A DNA stretch of 64,000 nt from an uncultured Acidobacteriota bacterium (GTDB lineage: Bacteria > Acidobacteriota > Blastocatellia > RBC074): assembly GCA_963796275.1 (NCBI GenBank), contig CAWCKY010000007.1:192001-256000 (forward strand), read 5' to 3'. The stretch's first letter is position 1. The number at the start of each line of letters is the position of its first letter. The translations under genes were made by a program, and so were the position numbers. Shown here one piece after another: positions 10,338 to 19,493 of this stretch. The notes beneath the pieces were generated by a model, which was not told the origin of the DNA, did no database searches, and saw nothing but the letters and a program-made list of their open reading frames with translations.

Positions 10338-11984
10338 ATGAAGTATGCCCTCCGCTTGATATTAGTATTTTTGGCCGGCTGCGTTGCCGTATCATTCCGG
10401 CTGAATCGCAGTGAAGCGCATCAGGCCGAGCAGCCGCGTTACGTCGGTAATGCGGTCTGCGCTCGTTGTCACGAGTCGATCTATAACAGCTACGCTCAGA
10501 CGCCGATGGCGAACAGCAGCGGCGTCGTCACGGGCGACATAGTAGAAGCCTCATTCACACATACCACTTCAGGCATTCGTTATCGCATCATCGGTGAAAA
10601 TGGGCGTGAGACTGGGAGCGCAGGGGGGACGGTATACCTCGCATACGACCGGATGAGCGGCGCAGCGATCAATGGCAAACAGCAATTGCACTATTTCATA
10701 GGCTCGAATGCAGCGGGACGAAGCTACCTGTTCAGCATCGATCGCTATCTGTTTCAAGCGCCCGTCACATTCTATGCCGGTACGCACCGTTGGGACTCTT
10801 CGCCCGGGTACGAAAACGACCAGGAAATGCGCTTCAACCGCGGGATCGATGCGAACTGTTTATTCTGTCACGCCTCGCAAACGCAGCCGATATTCGGCAC
10901 TCAAAACAGGTTTGCCGATCGGCCGTTCAATCATGCGGGCATCAGTTGCGAACGCTGCCATGGCCCAGGAGGATTGCACGCGGAAGGTAAAGCGAGGATG
11001 GTAAATCCGGCGAAGCTCGATCCGGCGCGCCGTGATGCGGTCTGCGCGCAATGCCATCTGTCCGGCGAAGCGCGCGTCGAACTGCCCGGTAAACGGCTGG
11101 CCCGATTTCGCCCCGGCGATCTGCTGGCGGAATACGTCAGCTATTTTGTTTTTGCCGAAGCAGGGAATTCAGAGCTGAAGGTCAACAGCCACGTAGAGCA
11201 TCTGGCGCGAAGCGCGTGTAAGCAAAAAAGCGGCGACCGGATGTCGTGCTTGAGCTGTCATGATCCGCATTCCGTGCCATCGCCCCAGGAGCGTGCCTCC
11301 TATTTTCGCGCGCGGTGTCTGAGTTGCCACCAGGCTGAACATTTGCCGAAGACGCATGAAATTGCGTCAGACTGCGCGAGTTGCCACATGCAAAGAAGAC
11401 CTACAGTGGATGGCGGCCACGGCGTTCTGACCGATCACAGCATTTCGCGAGTGCCTAGCCAGGCATCGACTGCAGATATTCAGGCGCGCAGACTGATTTC
11501 ATTCGATGGGTTCACTTCTGACGAAAGGGGATTGGGGCTGGCATACGCCGAAGTTGCTTTATGGAGCGGCGATCAATTTCACAAATCTGAAGCATTCCGT
11601 CTGTTGATATCCGCGATGAAACGTAACCCGCGCGATGCCGAGGTGCTTACGCGTCTGGGCTTCCTTCATACAGAGCGAGGCGAAATTCTGAAAGCCGCAA
11701 AATTTTATGAAGCGGCTCTGCAGTTAGAGCCATATCGAACAGTCGCGCTCGTCAATCTGGGTGGGATTTATGCTTCGCAGGGTAGGACCGAAGACGCGAT
11801 CAAATTGTGGGATAGGGCATTGAAGAGCAATGCCGGTCTGACGGAAGCCTCGCTCAACCTGGCACAGATTTACCTCTCCCGGAAGAGGCCTGATAAGGCG
11901 CGCGAGGTCTTACAAAGAGCTCTGCGTTTCGATCCTGATGCGGGAGAGGTTAGGCGAATGCTCCGAGACCTTCCACCCAATTGA
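10338..11984 (+). CDS. Multiheme c-type cytochrome (7 CxxCH) fused to C-terminal TPRs
   Basis: CARCH, CLFCH, CERCH, CAQCH, CLSCH, CLSCH, CASCH; YVGNAVC and CERCHGPG typical of c554-like domains; TPRs after residue ~420. Confidence 0.88.
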   Translation: MKYALRLILVFLAGCVAVSFRLNRSEAHQAEQPRYVGNAVCARCHESIYNSYAQTPMANSSGVVTGDIVEASFTHTTSGIRYRIIGENGRETGSAGGTVYLAYDRMSGAAINGKQQLHYFIGSNAAGRSYLFSIDRYLFQAPVTFYAGTHRWDSSPGYENDQEMRFNRGIDANCLFCHASQTQPIFGTQNRFADRPFNHAGISCERCHGPGGLHAEGKARMVNPAKLDPARRDAVCAQCHLSGEARVELPGKRLARFRPGDLLAEYVSYFVFAEAGNSELKVNSHVEHLARSACKQKSGDRMSCLSCHDPHSVPSPQERASYFRARCLSCHQAEHLPKTHEIASDCASCHMQRRPTVDGGHGVLTDHSISRVPSQASTADIQARRLISFDGFTSDERGLGLAYAEVALWSGDQFHKSEAFRLLISAMKRNPRDAEVLTRLGFLHTERGEILKAAKFYEAALQLEPYRTVALVNLGGIYASQGRTEDAIKLWDRALKSNAGLTEASLNLAQIYLSRKRPDKAREVLQRALRFDPDAGEVRRMLRDLPPN

Positions 11985-12046
11985 TCGGCAACATAGTAGG
12001 TAACACTTATAACATTTGTAATAAGGTATATCGATAAAATCAAATA

Positions 12047-12844
12047 ATGAGATTCAAAGATCAGGTTATCTGGATCACCGGAGCATCGTCGGGAATTGGC
12101 GAAGCTCTAACCTATGCATTCGATAAAGAAGGCGCACGTTTGATTATCTCGGGACGGCGGGAGGCTGAACTCGAAAGAGTGAAACGAAACTGCGAGGGGT
12201 CTGAGGAAAAGATATTCACTCTCCCGCTCGATCTCAGCCAATTCGATTCGCTTGCGGAGAAAGTGAATGCTGCCGAGAGAGAATTTGGCCATATTGATAT
12301 ATTAATCAATAACGGCGGGATAACTCAGCGTTCCCTGGTGAAAGATACAATATTCGATGTAGATCGAGCGATTATGAATACGAATTACTTCGGCACGGTG
12401 GCTTTGACGAAAGCCGTCCTGCCGGGGATGCTCGCTCGCAAATCCGGGCATATAGTCGTGGTCAGCAGTCTGATGGGTTATCTCGACACTCCGTTTAGAT
12501 CTGGCTATGCGGCTTCGAAACACGCGCTTCACGGTTACTTCGATAGTCTGCGTACCGAAGTCTGGCGGGAGAACATCAAAGTTACGATCATCTGTCCCGG
12601 ATACATAAAAACAAATATTTCGCTCTACGCGCTCGAGGCGGATGGCAAAAGTTATGGTCGGATGGACGAATCGCAGTCTTCCGGAATGCCTGCCGATGTG
12701 TGCGCAGCGAAAGCGTTGCAAGCAATCGCACGTGGCAAACAAGAGGTGATGATCGGCGGAAAAGAGGTGCTCGCGGTATACCTCAAACGCTTCCTGCCCT
12801 CGTACTATTCAAAATTTGTTCGCCGGTTCGTAAAAACCAGCTGA
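12047..12844 (+). CDS. SDR family oxidoreductase (DHRS7-like)
   Basis: TGASSGIG, NNGG, YAASK motifs. Confidence 0.92.
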   Translation: MRFKDQVIWITGASSGIGEALTYAFDKEGARLIISGRREAELERVKRNCEGSEEKIFTLPLDLSQFDSLAEKVNAAEREFGHIDILINNGGITQRSLVKDTIFDVDRAIMNTNYFGTVALTKAVLPGMLARKSGHIVVVSSLMGYLDTPFRSGYAASKHALHGYFDSLRTEVWRENIKVTIICPGYIKTNISLYALEADGKSYGRMDESQSSGMPADVCAAKALQAIARGKQEVMIGGKEVLAVYLKRFLPSYYSKFVRRFVKTS

Positions 12845-12846
12845 GC

Positions 12847-13018
12847 TTGGAGTGCGGTTTCTTGCGATACTGCTGGCGAATCAGTACCGCGAGCGGTAGC
12901 GAGCGTGACTTCCGGCGTAAATCCTTTGCGAGAGCCACGCTCGCTACCGCTCGCGGTACTGATTTGCTGTCCAAAACGAATTCACCAGCGGCATCCCAAG
13001 CAAGCAACCGCACTCCAA
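12847..13018. repeat. Nested-palindrome REP/MITE element, copy 1
   Basis: Outer IR TTGGAGTGCGGTT/AACCGCACTCCAA; inner perfect 29-bp IR AATCAGTACCGCGAGCGGTAGCGAGCGTG; 12864-13001 matches 44781-44918 base for base by eye. Confidence 0.88.
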
Positions 13019-13099
13019 ACTGCTCCGCACTCCCCAACATAGTAGGGCAGCGCAGCCGTAGCCGACCGCTGCACCGCGCTCCGAGTGGCTCAGCTCGCA

Positions 13100-13292
13100 G
13101 CCGCTTGTAGCAATGGGTGAAGGGAGATGTGCCACCTGGCCATGCCATGCCCGTGCATTCGGACGAGACGGCTTTGTTAGTGTCCGGCACGCTCGACCCC
13201 CAACGCGTACGAGCGATGGGGCAATGAAGCCGTGCGGTATCTCACCCGCGTCGGCACGTGGCGATCCCGAACTTGTCCCACGGCTTCAGTTC
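13100..13292 (+). pseudogene. C-terminal fragment of a TAP-like alpha/beta hydrolase
   Basis: QWVKGDVPPGHAMPVHSDETALLVSGTLDPNAYERWGNEAVRYLT then, after a frameshift, RHVAIPNLSHGFS (catalytic Asp and His region). Confidence 0.5.
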
Positions 13293-13320
13293 AGTAACTT
13301 AATGCGACTTTTGATGGTTG

Positions 13321-13683
13321 TTAACCTTTCTTGCGAGCGATTACGGCTATGAGAGCTCCGAAAGCCGCGGGGATTCCCAAGGTCGCAAGCAATGCAAAGT
13401 TACTGTCGATATCGAACGGAAGATCGATCCGCCGCCCGAGGATGCTGATGACAAAAATCATGCCTACGGCTGCCCCGGCCAAACCCACCCACGGGGCGTG
13501 CTGTTTTTCAGCTATCTTTCCCGCGATGAGGCCGGCAGCCGCGCTGATGGCTGCAAGGTGTAGCGCGCTCGCGATGAACGGCCACGGTAATACGTACAAT
13601 GTTTGCCTGATTACCCGGTCAAGGACGACAAACGTCCCGACAGTTGACAGGGCTCCACACAGGGCCGCTATGACGTTGTTCAT
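13321..13683 (-). CDS. Small integral membrane hypothetical protein (about 4 TM helices)
   Basis: Hydrophobic segments throughout; RBS aaggagg upstream of the ATG. Confidence 0.7.
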   Translation of the reverse strand: MNNVIAALCGALSTVGTFVVLDRVIRQTLYVLPWPFIASALHLAAISAAAGLIAGKIAEKQHAPWVGLAGAAVGMIFVISILGRRIDLPFDIDSNFALLATLGIPAAFGALIAVIARKKG

Positions 13684-13989
13684 TACCCCTCCTTACATAG
13701 TGCGCTCTGCGCACAAGATGAGATATCGCCACATTCAGGTCGCGAAATGATGCCTTAGTTTTCGGAAAGTTGGGCTTTCAGGGGGACTTCATTCCTGTAT
13801 TGCCAAGCATACTGGGTCGGTGAACCTTGCTGATCTGGTAATTGACGGGATCGATCAGTTTCAGCAGCAGTTCGACCCGCCGCAAACAGGTCGACCGGCT
13901 GGCAGTATACACTGCTATCATACAATGACGCACGGCTCGTGAGTTAATGGACGTTTATGTTGGGGAAAATAAAAATCGACGATGGGCCG

Positions 13990-14055
13990 GGATACCCAGG
14001 GTTCCGCCTTCGGCTCCACCCTTGGCTTTATCCTATCGCCCGCGAAGCGGGCTTA
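13990..14055. repeat. REP-like palindromic element
   Basis: CCCAGGGTTCCGCCTTCGGCTCCACCCTTGG followed by the GCCCGCGAAGCGGGC hairpin, intergenic. Confidence 0.45.
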
Positions 14056-14134
14056 GAACAATAACGTAGAATTTTATCGACCTGGTCAACAAATGATATG
14101 GTGGAACGCTCCTCATTCCCTCCGTTTCAATTTT

Positions 14135-15402
14135 TTATGGCAATCGCTGCCAGGCGGGAACCCGGAGGATAACCCATAGTAGAAGGAGAAGCAGAAACAA
14201 GGCTGGCAAAATGATTGCATATTGGACCGGCATCCATTGCGCCATAGCACCCGCGAACCCGCTGCCCAGAGGGGCTAATCCGATGATGGTCAGGGTATAG
14301 TAGCTCATCATCCGTCCACGCATCTCCTCTTCCACATCAGCTTGAATGCCGGTAGCGATGGCGGCGAACGTGATGGCGGTCGCGGCGCCGTTGATGCCGA
14401 GCGCAATGAGCGAGACCGTGTACCACGGTGATAGCGCCAAAAGTATGACCGAAGTGATCAGTATCGACACGCTGTAGAAAAGGCAAACCCTCTGCCGTCT
14501 CACTCCGCCCAACGCGGCCAGGCCGAGTCCTCCGGCTAGTGTGCCCGCGCTGGCTATGGCATTCATGGTCGCCAGTCCGCTTGCTCCGACCGCCAGGACG
14601 TCGCGCGCCAAGACCGGCATCAGATGGAGAAAAGAACGCCCGAGGAGATTGGTCATGGCCGATAAATAGATGAGCAATCCCAGGCCGGCATGGTCCGCAA
14701 ATAGGCGAGACCCGCGGTCATATCCGCCAACGGCGAGCGGGGCCGGCGATCAGTTTTTGCCGTGCCCTTCAATGAGATGGAGAAAAGAGGAACAAGAACG
14801 GCGAGATAGCTGATTGAATTCAAGCCGAAGACGATGCCCGCACCTTCAATACTTTGACTCTCGTACCGTTTCAAGATCATTCCGGCCAGAGCGGATCCGA
14901 TGAGCCCTGCGCCGGTGAACGTGATTCCGTTGAGCGCCATCGCGCTTGCCATATCCGCCCGTGGAACGAGTGCCGGGATGAGCGCTTGCCTCGTCGGATT
15001 ATCGATAGCCAGCACGATCGCTCCTAAGAAACTGAGGCAGACGATCTGCCATGCGGTGACACGGCCCGTGAGCGTCAGCACCGATAAGACGGCACCCAGA
15101 ATCGCCGCGGAGAATTGTGTGTACTTGATCACTGTCAGCCTATTGAATCGATCGGCGATCACCCCGCCGAACAGCGGTAGAATCGTCATCGGCAGCGCAA
15201 ATGAGATAGCCAATGCGCCCAACATCAGCCGGCTGTTACTGATCTGATAGAGCAACCACCCCTGGGCGATATTCCGCGCCCAGGTTCCGGAGTTGGAGAC
15301 CAGCAAACCTAACCAGAGCAGACGGAAATGCCGGTGGCGCAGAGCGCCCAGGCCGAGGGAGCTATCTTTACCCGATCTCGACGACGAGAGCATAAATGAC
15401 AT
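14135..15402 (-). pseudogene. MFS transporter (MFS_3-like), frameshifted near 14680
   Basis: N-half ALRHRHFRLLWLGLLVSNSGTW...GGVIADRFNR...IDNPTRQALIP (15402-14653) and C-half LMPVLARDVL...EEMRGRMMS (to 14135) lie in different frames; starts 5 bp after the pqqE stop. Confidence 0.8.
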
Positions 15403-15406
15403 CGGT

Positions 15407-16507
15407 TTACTTGTGTCCAGCCTGCGGTCGATATATGAAACGGCCCGATTCCTTTTCGCCCTTCCGGTTCGCGTCATTCGCCATCGCCAGCGCAGCGTCG
15501 ACCAGATCATGACTGGGTGCCCATTGGCACACAGGATCGGTCTGCGTGGCATCGCCGGTCAAGGCAAAAGCCTGACAACGACATCCTCCAAAATCGAGAT
15601 GGCGCCGATCACAACTGCGGCACGGCTCGACCATCCAGTCCGTCCCCCGGTACTGGTTAAATGACGGCGAGTGGTGCCAAATCCAATCCAGGCTGCGTTC
15701 CCTTACATTTTCAAAGTGGAGCGTCTTTATCGAACCGGCTGCCGAGCAGGGCAATACTGTGCCGTCAGGAGCAACTATCAACTGGATATGTCCCCACCCA
15801 CCCATACAAGGTTTCGGGTATGGTTCGTAATAATCGGCGAGCACCCAGATCAACTCGACCCGTCCTTTCAGGTCGGCCTTCTTCTGTCGATAGACGGTAT
15901 GGGCTCGGGCCAGTTGGTCGCGGGTCGGAAGTAGACGTTCACGGTTCAATAAAGCCCAGTGATAGTACTGGGTATTGGCGAGCTCAAGACGTTCGGCTCC
16001 CCATGAGACGCAGATATCTATTATCTCTTCCAGTTGATCCAGATTGTGGCGGTGCAATACGACATTCATCGTCAGCGGCAGATTGGCCTCGCGTACGGCT
16101 CTCGCCGCATCGAATTTCTCGCGATAAGATTTCCGCCCGCCGATCATATCCGAAAGTTTGGGCGCTGCGGCCTGCAGACTGAGTTGGACGCCGCTCAATC
16201 CTTTTTCAGCCAGGCTGCGAGCTATCTGAGCGGTGAGACCGACTCCGCTGGTGATAAGGTTGGTGTACAGGCCGAGATCGCTGGCGCCGCGCAGCAGCTC
16301 TCGCAGGTCGACTCTCGCCAGAGGCTCTCCGCCCGTCAGGTGTACCTGCACGACGCCCAGAGCCTGAGCCTCTTTAAAAACGCGACACCATTCGGCAGTG
16401 TCCAGTTCTTCATCCGGCCCTTGCAGCTGCAAGGGATTCGAGCAGTAGACGCAGTGTAGCGGGCAGCTATGGGTGACTTCAGCTACCAAAGCAAAAGGAA
16501 GATCCAT
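15407..16507 (-). CDS. pqqE: PqqA peptide cyclase, radical SAM/SPASM
   Basis: CPLHCVYC radical SAM motif; PKPCMGGWG; CRSC...DFGGCRCQA SPASM motifs. Confidence 0.95.
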   Translation of the reverse strand: MDLPFALVAEVTHSCPLHCVYCSNPLQLQGPDEELDTAEWCRVFKEAQALGVVQVHLTGGEPLARVDLRELLRGASDLGLYTNLITSGVGLTAQIARSLAEKGLSGVQLSLQAAAPKLSDMIGGRKSYREKFDAARAVREANLPLTMNVVLHRHNLDQLEEIIDICVSWGAERLELANTQYYHWALLNRERLLPTRDQLARAHTVYRQKKADLKGRVELIWVLADYYEPYPKPCMGGWGHIQLIVAPDGTVLPCSAAGSIKTLHFENVRERSLDWIWHHSPSFNQYRGTDWMVEPCRSCDRRHLDFGGCRCQAFALTGDATQTDPVCQWAPSHDLVDAALAMANDANRKGEKESGRFIYRPQAGHK

Positions 16508-16779
16508 TACTCAATCCACCTTTGGTCGAAGGCTTGATGAATAAACTCCCTGATCTCTTCAATCAGGTCTGCGCGCTCAAAGCGGGTCTCCAGGTCCAGG
16601 GCGATCTCGCTGATCGTGTGCTGGCCGTTGCAGAGAGCGAGTACCGCGGCTGCTGAGCGATTCAACTTCACGACGCGTTCCGGCAATAGGAGCAAGTCGA
16701 TCTGCCGCACCTCGTCAAAGCGCAATCGCGCTTTACTCGAGAGCGCCGGTTTGGACAAATCGGATATCCGTTCAACCAT
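16507..16779 (-). CDS. pqqD: PqqA-binding chaperone (RiPP recognition element)
   Basis: ARLRFDEVRQIDLLLLPERVVKLNRSAAAVLALCNG; lies between pqqC and pqqE. Confidence 0.93.
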   Translation of the reverse strand: MVERISDLSKPALSSKARLRFDEVRQIDLLLLPERVVKLNRSAAAVLALCNGQHTISEIALDLETRFERADLIEEIREFIHQAFDQRWIE

Positions 16780-16788
16780 TTGCTCTCG

Positions 16789-17478
16789 CTATCTCGTGGC
16801 ACCGTCGATGGCGTCCAGCAACGACCAGAGCACATCGCATTTGAAATTCAAGGCGGCGATTGCCAGCTCCTGGTCGTGACGGGTTTTCGCGCTCCGGATC
16901 ACAAGATCAAGTGCATGATCGACATCTCTCGGAGCTTGATCCAGGCGCTGATGGAAATAACGCAGACCTTCCGGCTTCACCCAGGGATAAAATTTTTCGA
17001 TGACCCCAATCCTTTTGGCGACCAGGTCGGGAGCGAAGAGTTCGGTCAGGGAAGAGGCGACTGCCTCGGGCCACGGTTTGAGGCGGCAAAAATTGACATA
17101 ACCTTCAACCGCGAAGCGAACCCCGGGTAACACGGCGCTGTCATCGAGCATCTCCTCACGGGAAAGCCCGGCAGCCTCTCCCAAAGCGAGCCACGCTTCT
17201 ATCCCGCCTTCCTGCCCTTGCCGTCCATCATGATCGATGATCCTCGTCAACCAGAGCCGGCGGTCTTCACGAGCCGGAAGCTTGGAGAGGATGATCGCGT
17301 CTTTAATGGGGATGTTTTTTTGGTAATAGAAGCGGTTCAGCACCCATCGGCGAAACTGCTCCGGGGTCAACCGCCCTTCATTCATGCGTAATTGAAATGG
17401 GTGCAGGTTATGGTATTTGGCCGCACCGACCGCTCTTAATCGATCGATCAATTCATCCTTCGACCAGACTTCCTGCAT
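16789..17478 (-). CDS. pqqC: Pyrroloquinoline-quinone synthase
   Basis: YHNLHPF, WVLNRFYYQKNIPIKDA, RIIDHDG, SSLTELFAP, FKCDVLWSLLD; likely start ATG 17478. Confidence 0.95.
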   Translation of the reverse strand: MQEVWSKDELIDRLRAVGAAKYHNLHPFQLRMNEGRLTPEQFRRWVLNRFYYQKNIPIKDAIILSKLPAREDRRLWLTRIIDHDGRQGQEGGIEAWLALGEAAGLSREEMLDDSAVLPGVRFAVEGYVNFCRLKPWPEAVASSLTELFAPDLVAKRIGVIEKFYPWVKPEGLRYFHQRLDQAPRDVDHALDLVIRSAKTRHDQELAIAALNFKCDVLWSLLDAIDGATR

Positions 17479-17479
17479 G

Positions 17480-18391
17480 CTAGACCTCCAATTCCAATCC
17501 GTCTCTGCCGATTTCGATCCCGCGCTCGGCCAGTACACCGCGCTCAGGCGAGTTTTCATCCAAGATCGGATTGGTATTGTTGATATGGATGTAGATCGTG
17601 CGCCGCCCGCGGGGACCAGCGCTTGCCTTCAAGCGCTGCAGGCTCCCTTCGGCCCCGCTGATCGGAATGTGGCCCATCTCTTTCGCCGTGCGTGAAGAAG
17701 CTCCAATCCGAATCATTTCATCCTCGGACCAAAAAGTTCCGTCCACAAATGCACAGTCGGTCCGAGACAACTCCTCGGTAAGTATCGGAGTCCAGGCTTC
17801 GATGGCCGGCGCATAGAGGACCCGGCCGCCGGTCTGCAAATCTTCAAATCGATATCCGATGACCCAATCGCCCTCGATCTCAGAACCGGCCGTATAGCGC
17901 GGTCTCTTCACTCCCAGGCGGAACGCTGTGATCCTCAATCGATCGCCATCTATCCCAAACGATTGATCCGGGCCGATAGGTACCCATCGAAACGGCGCAT
18001 ATGACTGAACCATCCTTTCGATCGGGAAGATATCCTTCAAGGTCGCGAGAACGGCCGGAGTTCCGTAAATGTCGAGCGGTGAGCCTTCCCGCAGTATCAA
18101 TAACCCGATGCTATGATCAAACTCAGCGTCGGTGAGGAGCACCCCGCGTATTCGCGTCTCGCGCAGTCCCGGCCCCGGATGAAGCTCAGGAAAAGACTCG
18201 ATCTGAAAACGGACGTCCGGCGTCGCATTCACCAGATACCAATTTTCTCCGCTCCCGCTCACGGCCAATGAGGCATGCAGTTGTGCCGGCGCTCGTACCC
18301 CACTCTCGCGAACGCGTTGACACATACTGCAAGCGCAATTCCACTGCGGATAGCCCCCGCCCGCGGCAACTCCGATAACTTTCAGATACAA
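17480..18391 (-). CDS. pqqB: PqqB metallo-beta-lactamase-fold hydroxylase
   Basis: GVAAGGGYPQWNCACSMC, LVNATPD, DGTFWSEDEM, MGHIP, IHINNTNPIL; TTG start. Confidence 0.94.
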   Translation of the reverse strand: MYLKVIGVAAGGGYPQWNCACSMCQRVRESGVRAPAQLHASLAVSGSGENWYLVNATPDVRFQIESFPELHPGPGLRETRIRGVLLTDAEFDHSIGLLILREGSPLDIYGTPAVLATLKDIFPIERMVQSYAPFRWVPIGPDQSFGIDGDRLRITAFRLGVKRPRYTAGSEIEGDWVIGYRFEDLQTGGRVLYAPAIEAWTPILTEELSRTDCAFVDGTFWSEDEMIRIGASSRTAKEMGHIPISGAEGSLQRLKASAGPRGRRTIYIHINNTNPILDENSPERGVLAERGIEIGRDGLELEV

Positions 18392-18410
18392 GATATACCT
18401 AATAAATTAA

Positions 18411-18437
18411 GAGGCGGATAATGCACTGATCCGCCTC
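18411..18437 (-). terminator. Stem-loop between pqqA and pqqB
   Basis: GAGGCGGAT...ATCCGCCTC 9-bp perfect stem followed by TTAATTT on the minus strand. Confidence 0.65.
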
Positions 18438-18500
18438 CCATTCAATAAATACGTGAACAACATCAAAACTTAATGCCTAACCGCCGATTACCGCGCGGCT

Positions 18501-18617
18501 TTATTCTTTTTCCGTTTCCGGTTCAGCCGAGAGCGTCTGCCTGGCCTCATCCGTATAGACATAGGCTCCGATCTCGCAGCAAACCTCAATGATTTCGTAG
18601 CTCGGTTTCTCCCACAT
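18501..18617 (-). CDS. pqqA: PQQ precursor peptide, 38 aa; absent from the ORF track
   Basis: MWEKPSYEIIEVCCEIGAYVYTDEARQTLSAEPETEKE*; W-x-K-P leader and E-x-x-x-Y core; RBS GGAGG; directly upstream of pqqB. Confidence 0.9.
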   Translation of the reverse strand: MWEKPSYEIIEVCCEIGAYVYTDEARQTLSAEPETEKE

Positions 18618-18839
18618 TTTTAATGATCCTCCGTATTAGCAAGATATTGTTAATTCCAAATAACCGGCGAGCAGAACAACGCATAACGCCAGTCACTTTC
18701 AGCTTCTTCTTTAGCTGAGCAAACTGTATACCAGTTTTCCCCGCGACAAGGTGTGACGATCCTTACAGCGATTCGATCATGAACGGGAACGGAAAAAACT
18801 GATGGCTGAGAGGATGAAAAAGCCATTATTTCGATCAAC

Positions 18840-18886
18840 TATTACTCGATTATTACTCGCTGAAAGCTATATATAAAGCTATATAT
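18840..18886. promoter_or_regulatory. Tandem direct repeats in the pqq/lacI divergent intergenic region
   Basis: TATTACTCG x2 (18840-18859) and perfect AAAGCTATATAT x2 (18863-18886). Confidence 0.35.
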
Positions 18887-19371
18887 GCAGATAACAGTGG
18901 CCTTCCTCAGTAATGTCGCGGGTATTTAATTGCTCTCATCAGAGTCATTGGAGATAGGGGGCGGATGCAATCTGGTGAATCACGGGACAATTGTAATTTG
19001 CGCGACCTCCAGTGTGATGAACAGAAGTGGAGACCTGCACGCATCCATTGTCCTGACGTCGTGTGCCTGCGACTTGTACAGGAATAGAGAAAGTGTACGA
19101 GGGCAATTCTATCGGTTGTGACGAGGGATGCTGCAATCTCATTTCAATCTCGTTCCAATCACAAATCATTATTAAATCTCTGTCTAAATAACTTTGTCTC
19201 GCATATGAAAGCCGCCTTTCTCGGTTTGCGGCGATGCCAGTTCCGAGTAATGCTCGAATGATTCGCCCGAGAATCAGCGCCTCGCTCATTTTCCACGCGG
19301 GATTGTGCATCTCAAAATAAACATCGAATGATTGACGCCGGTCAGCTCCGCGTGCTATAAGCGCCGCAGTT

Positions 19372-19391
19372 AACCGGTTACGTAACCGGTT
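19372..19391. promoter_or_regulatory. Putative LacI-family operator
   Basis: Perfect 20-bp palindrome AACCGGTTACGTAACCGGTT about 100 bp upstream of the LacI gene; two adjacent TAACCGGTT units. Confidence 0.7.
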
Positions 19392-19493
19392 TTCCGCTGG
19401 GAAAGAGTATATATCGATCAAAGCGTATAACATTCGCGGTCGCGGCATTTTCACGATCCGCATCCTCTAGAAATTCAGGCAAAAAAATCGGGC

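Noticed and set aside
12700-13190. ORFs sharing peptide sequence with ORFs at 44717-45019
   Set aside because: The shared translation comes from the repeated palindromic DNA element, not from a gene family.
18945-19463. 172-aa minus-strand ORF
   Set aside because: Spans the lacI promoter and operator, has no RBS or motifs, and is probably non-coding.
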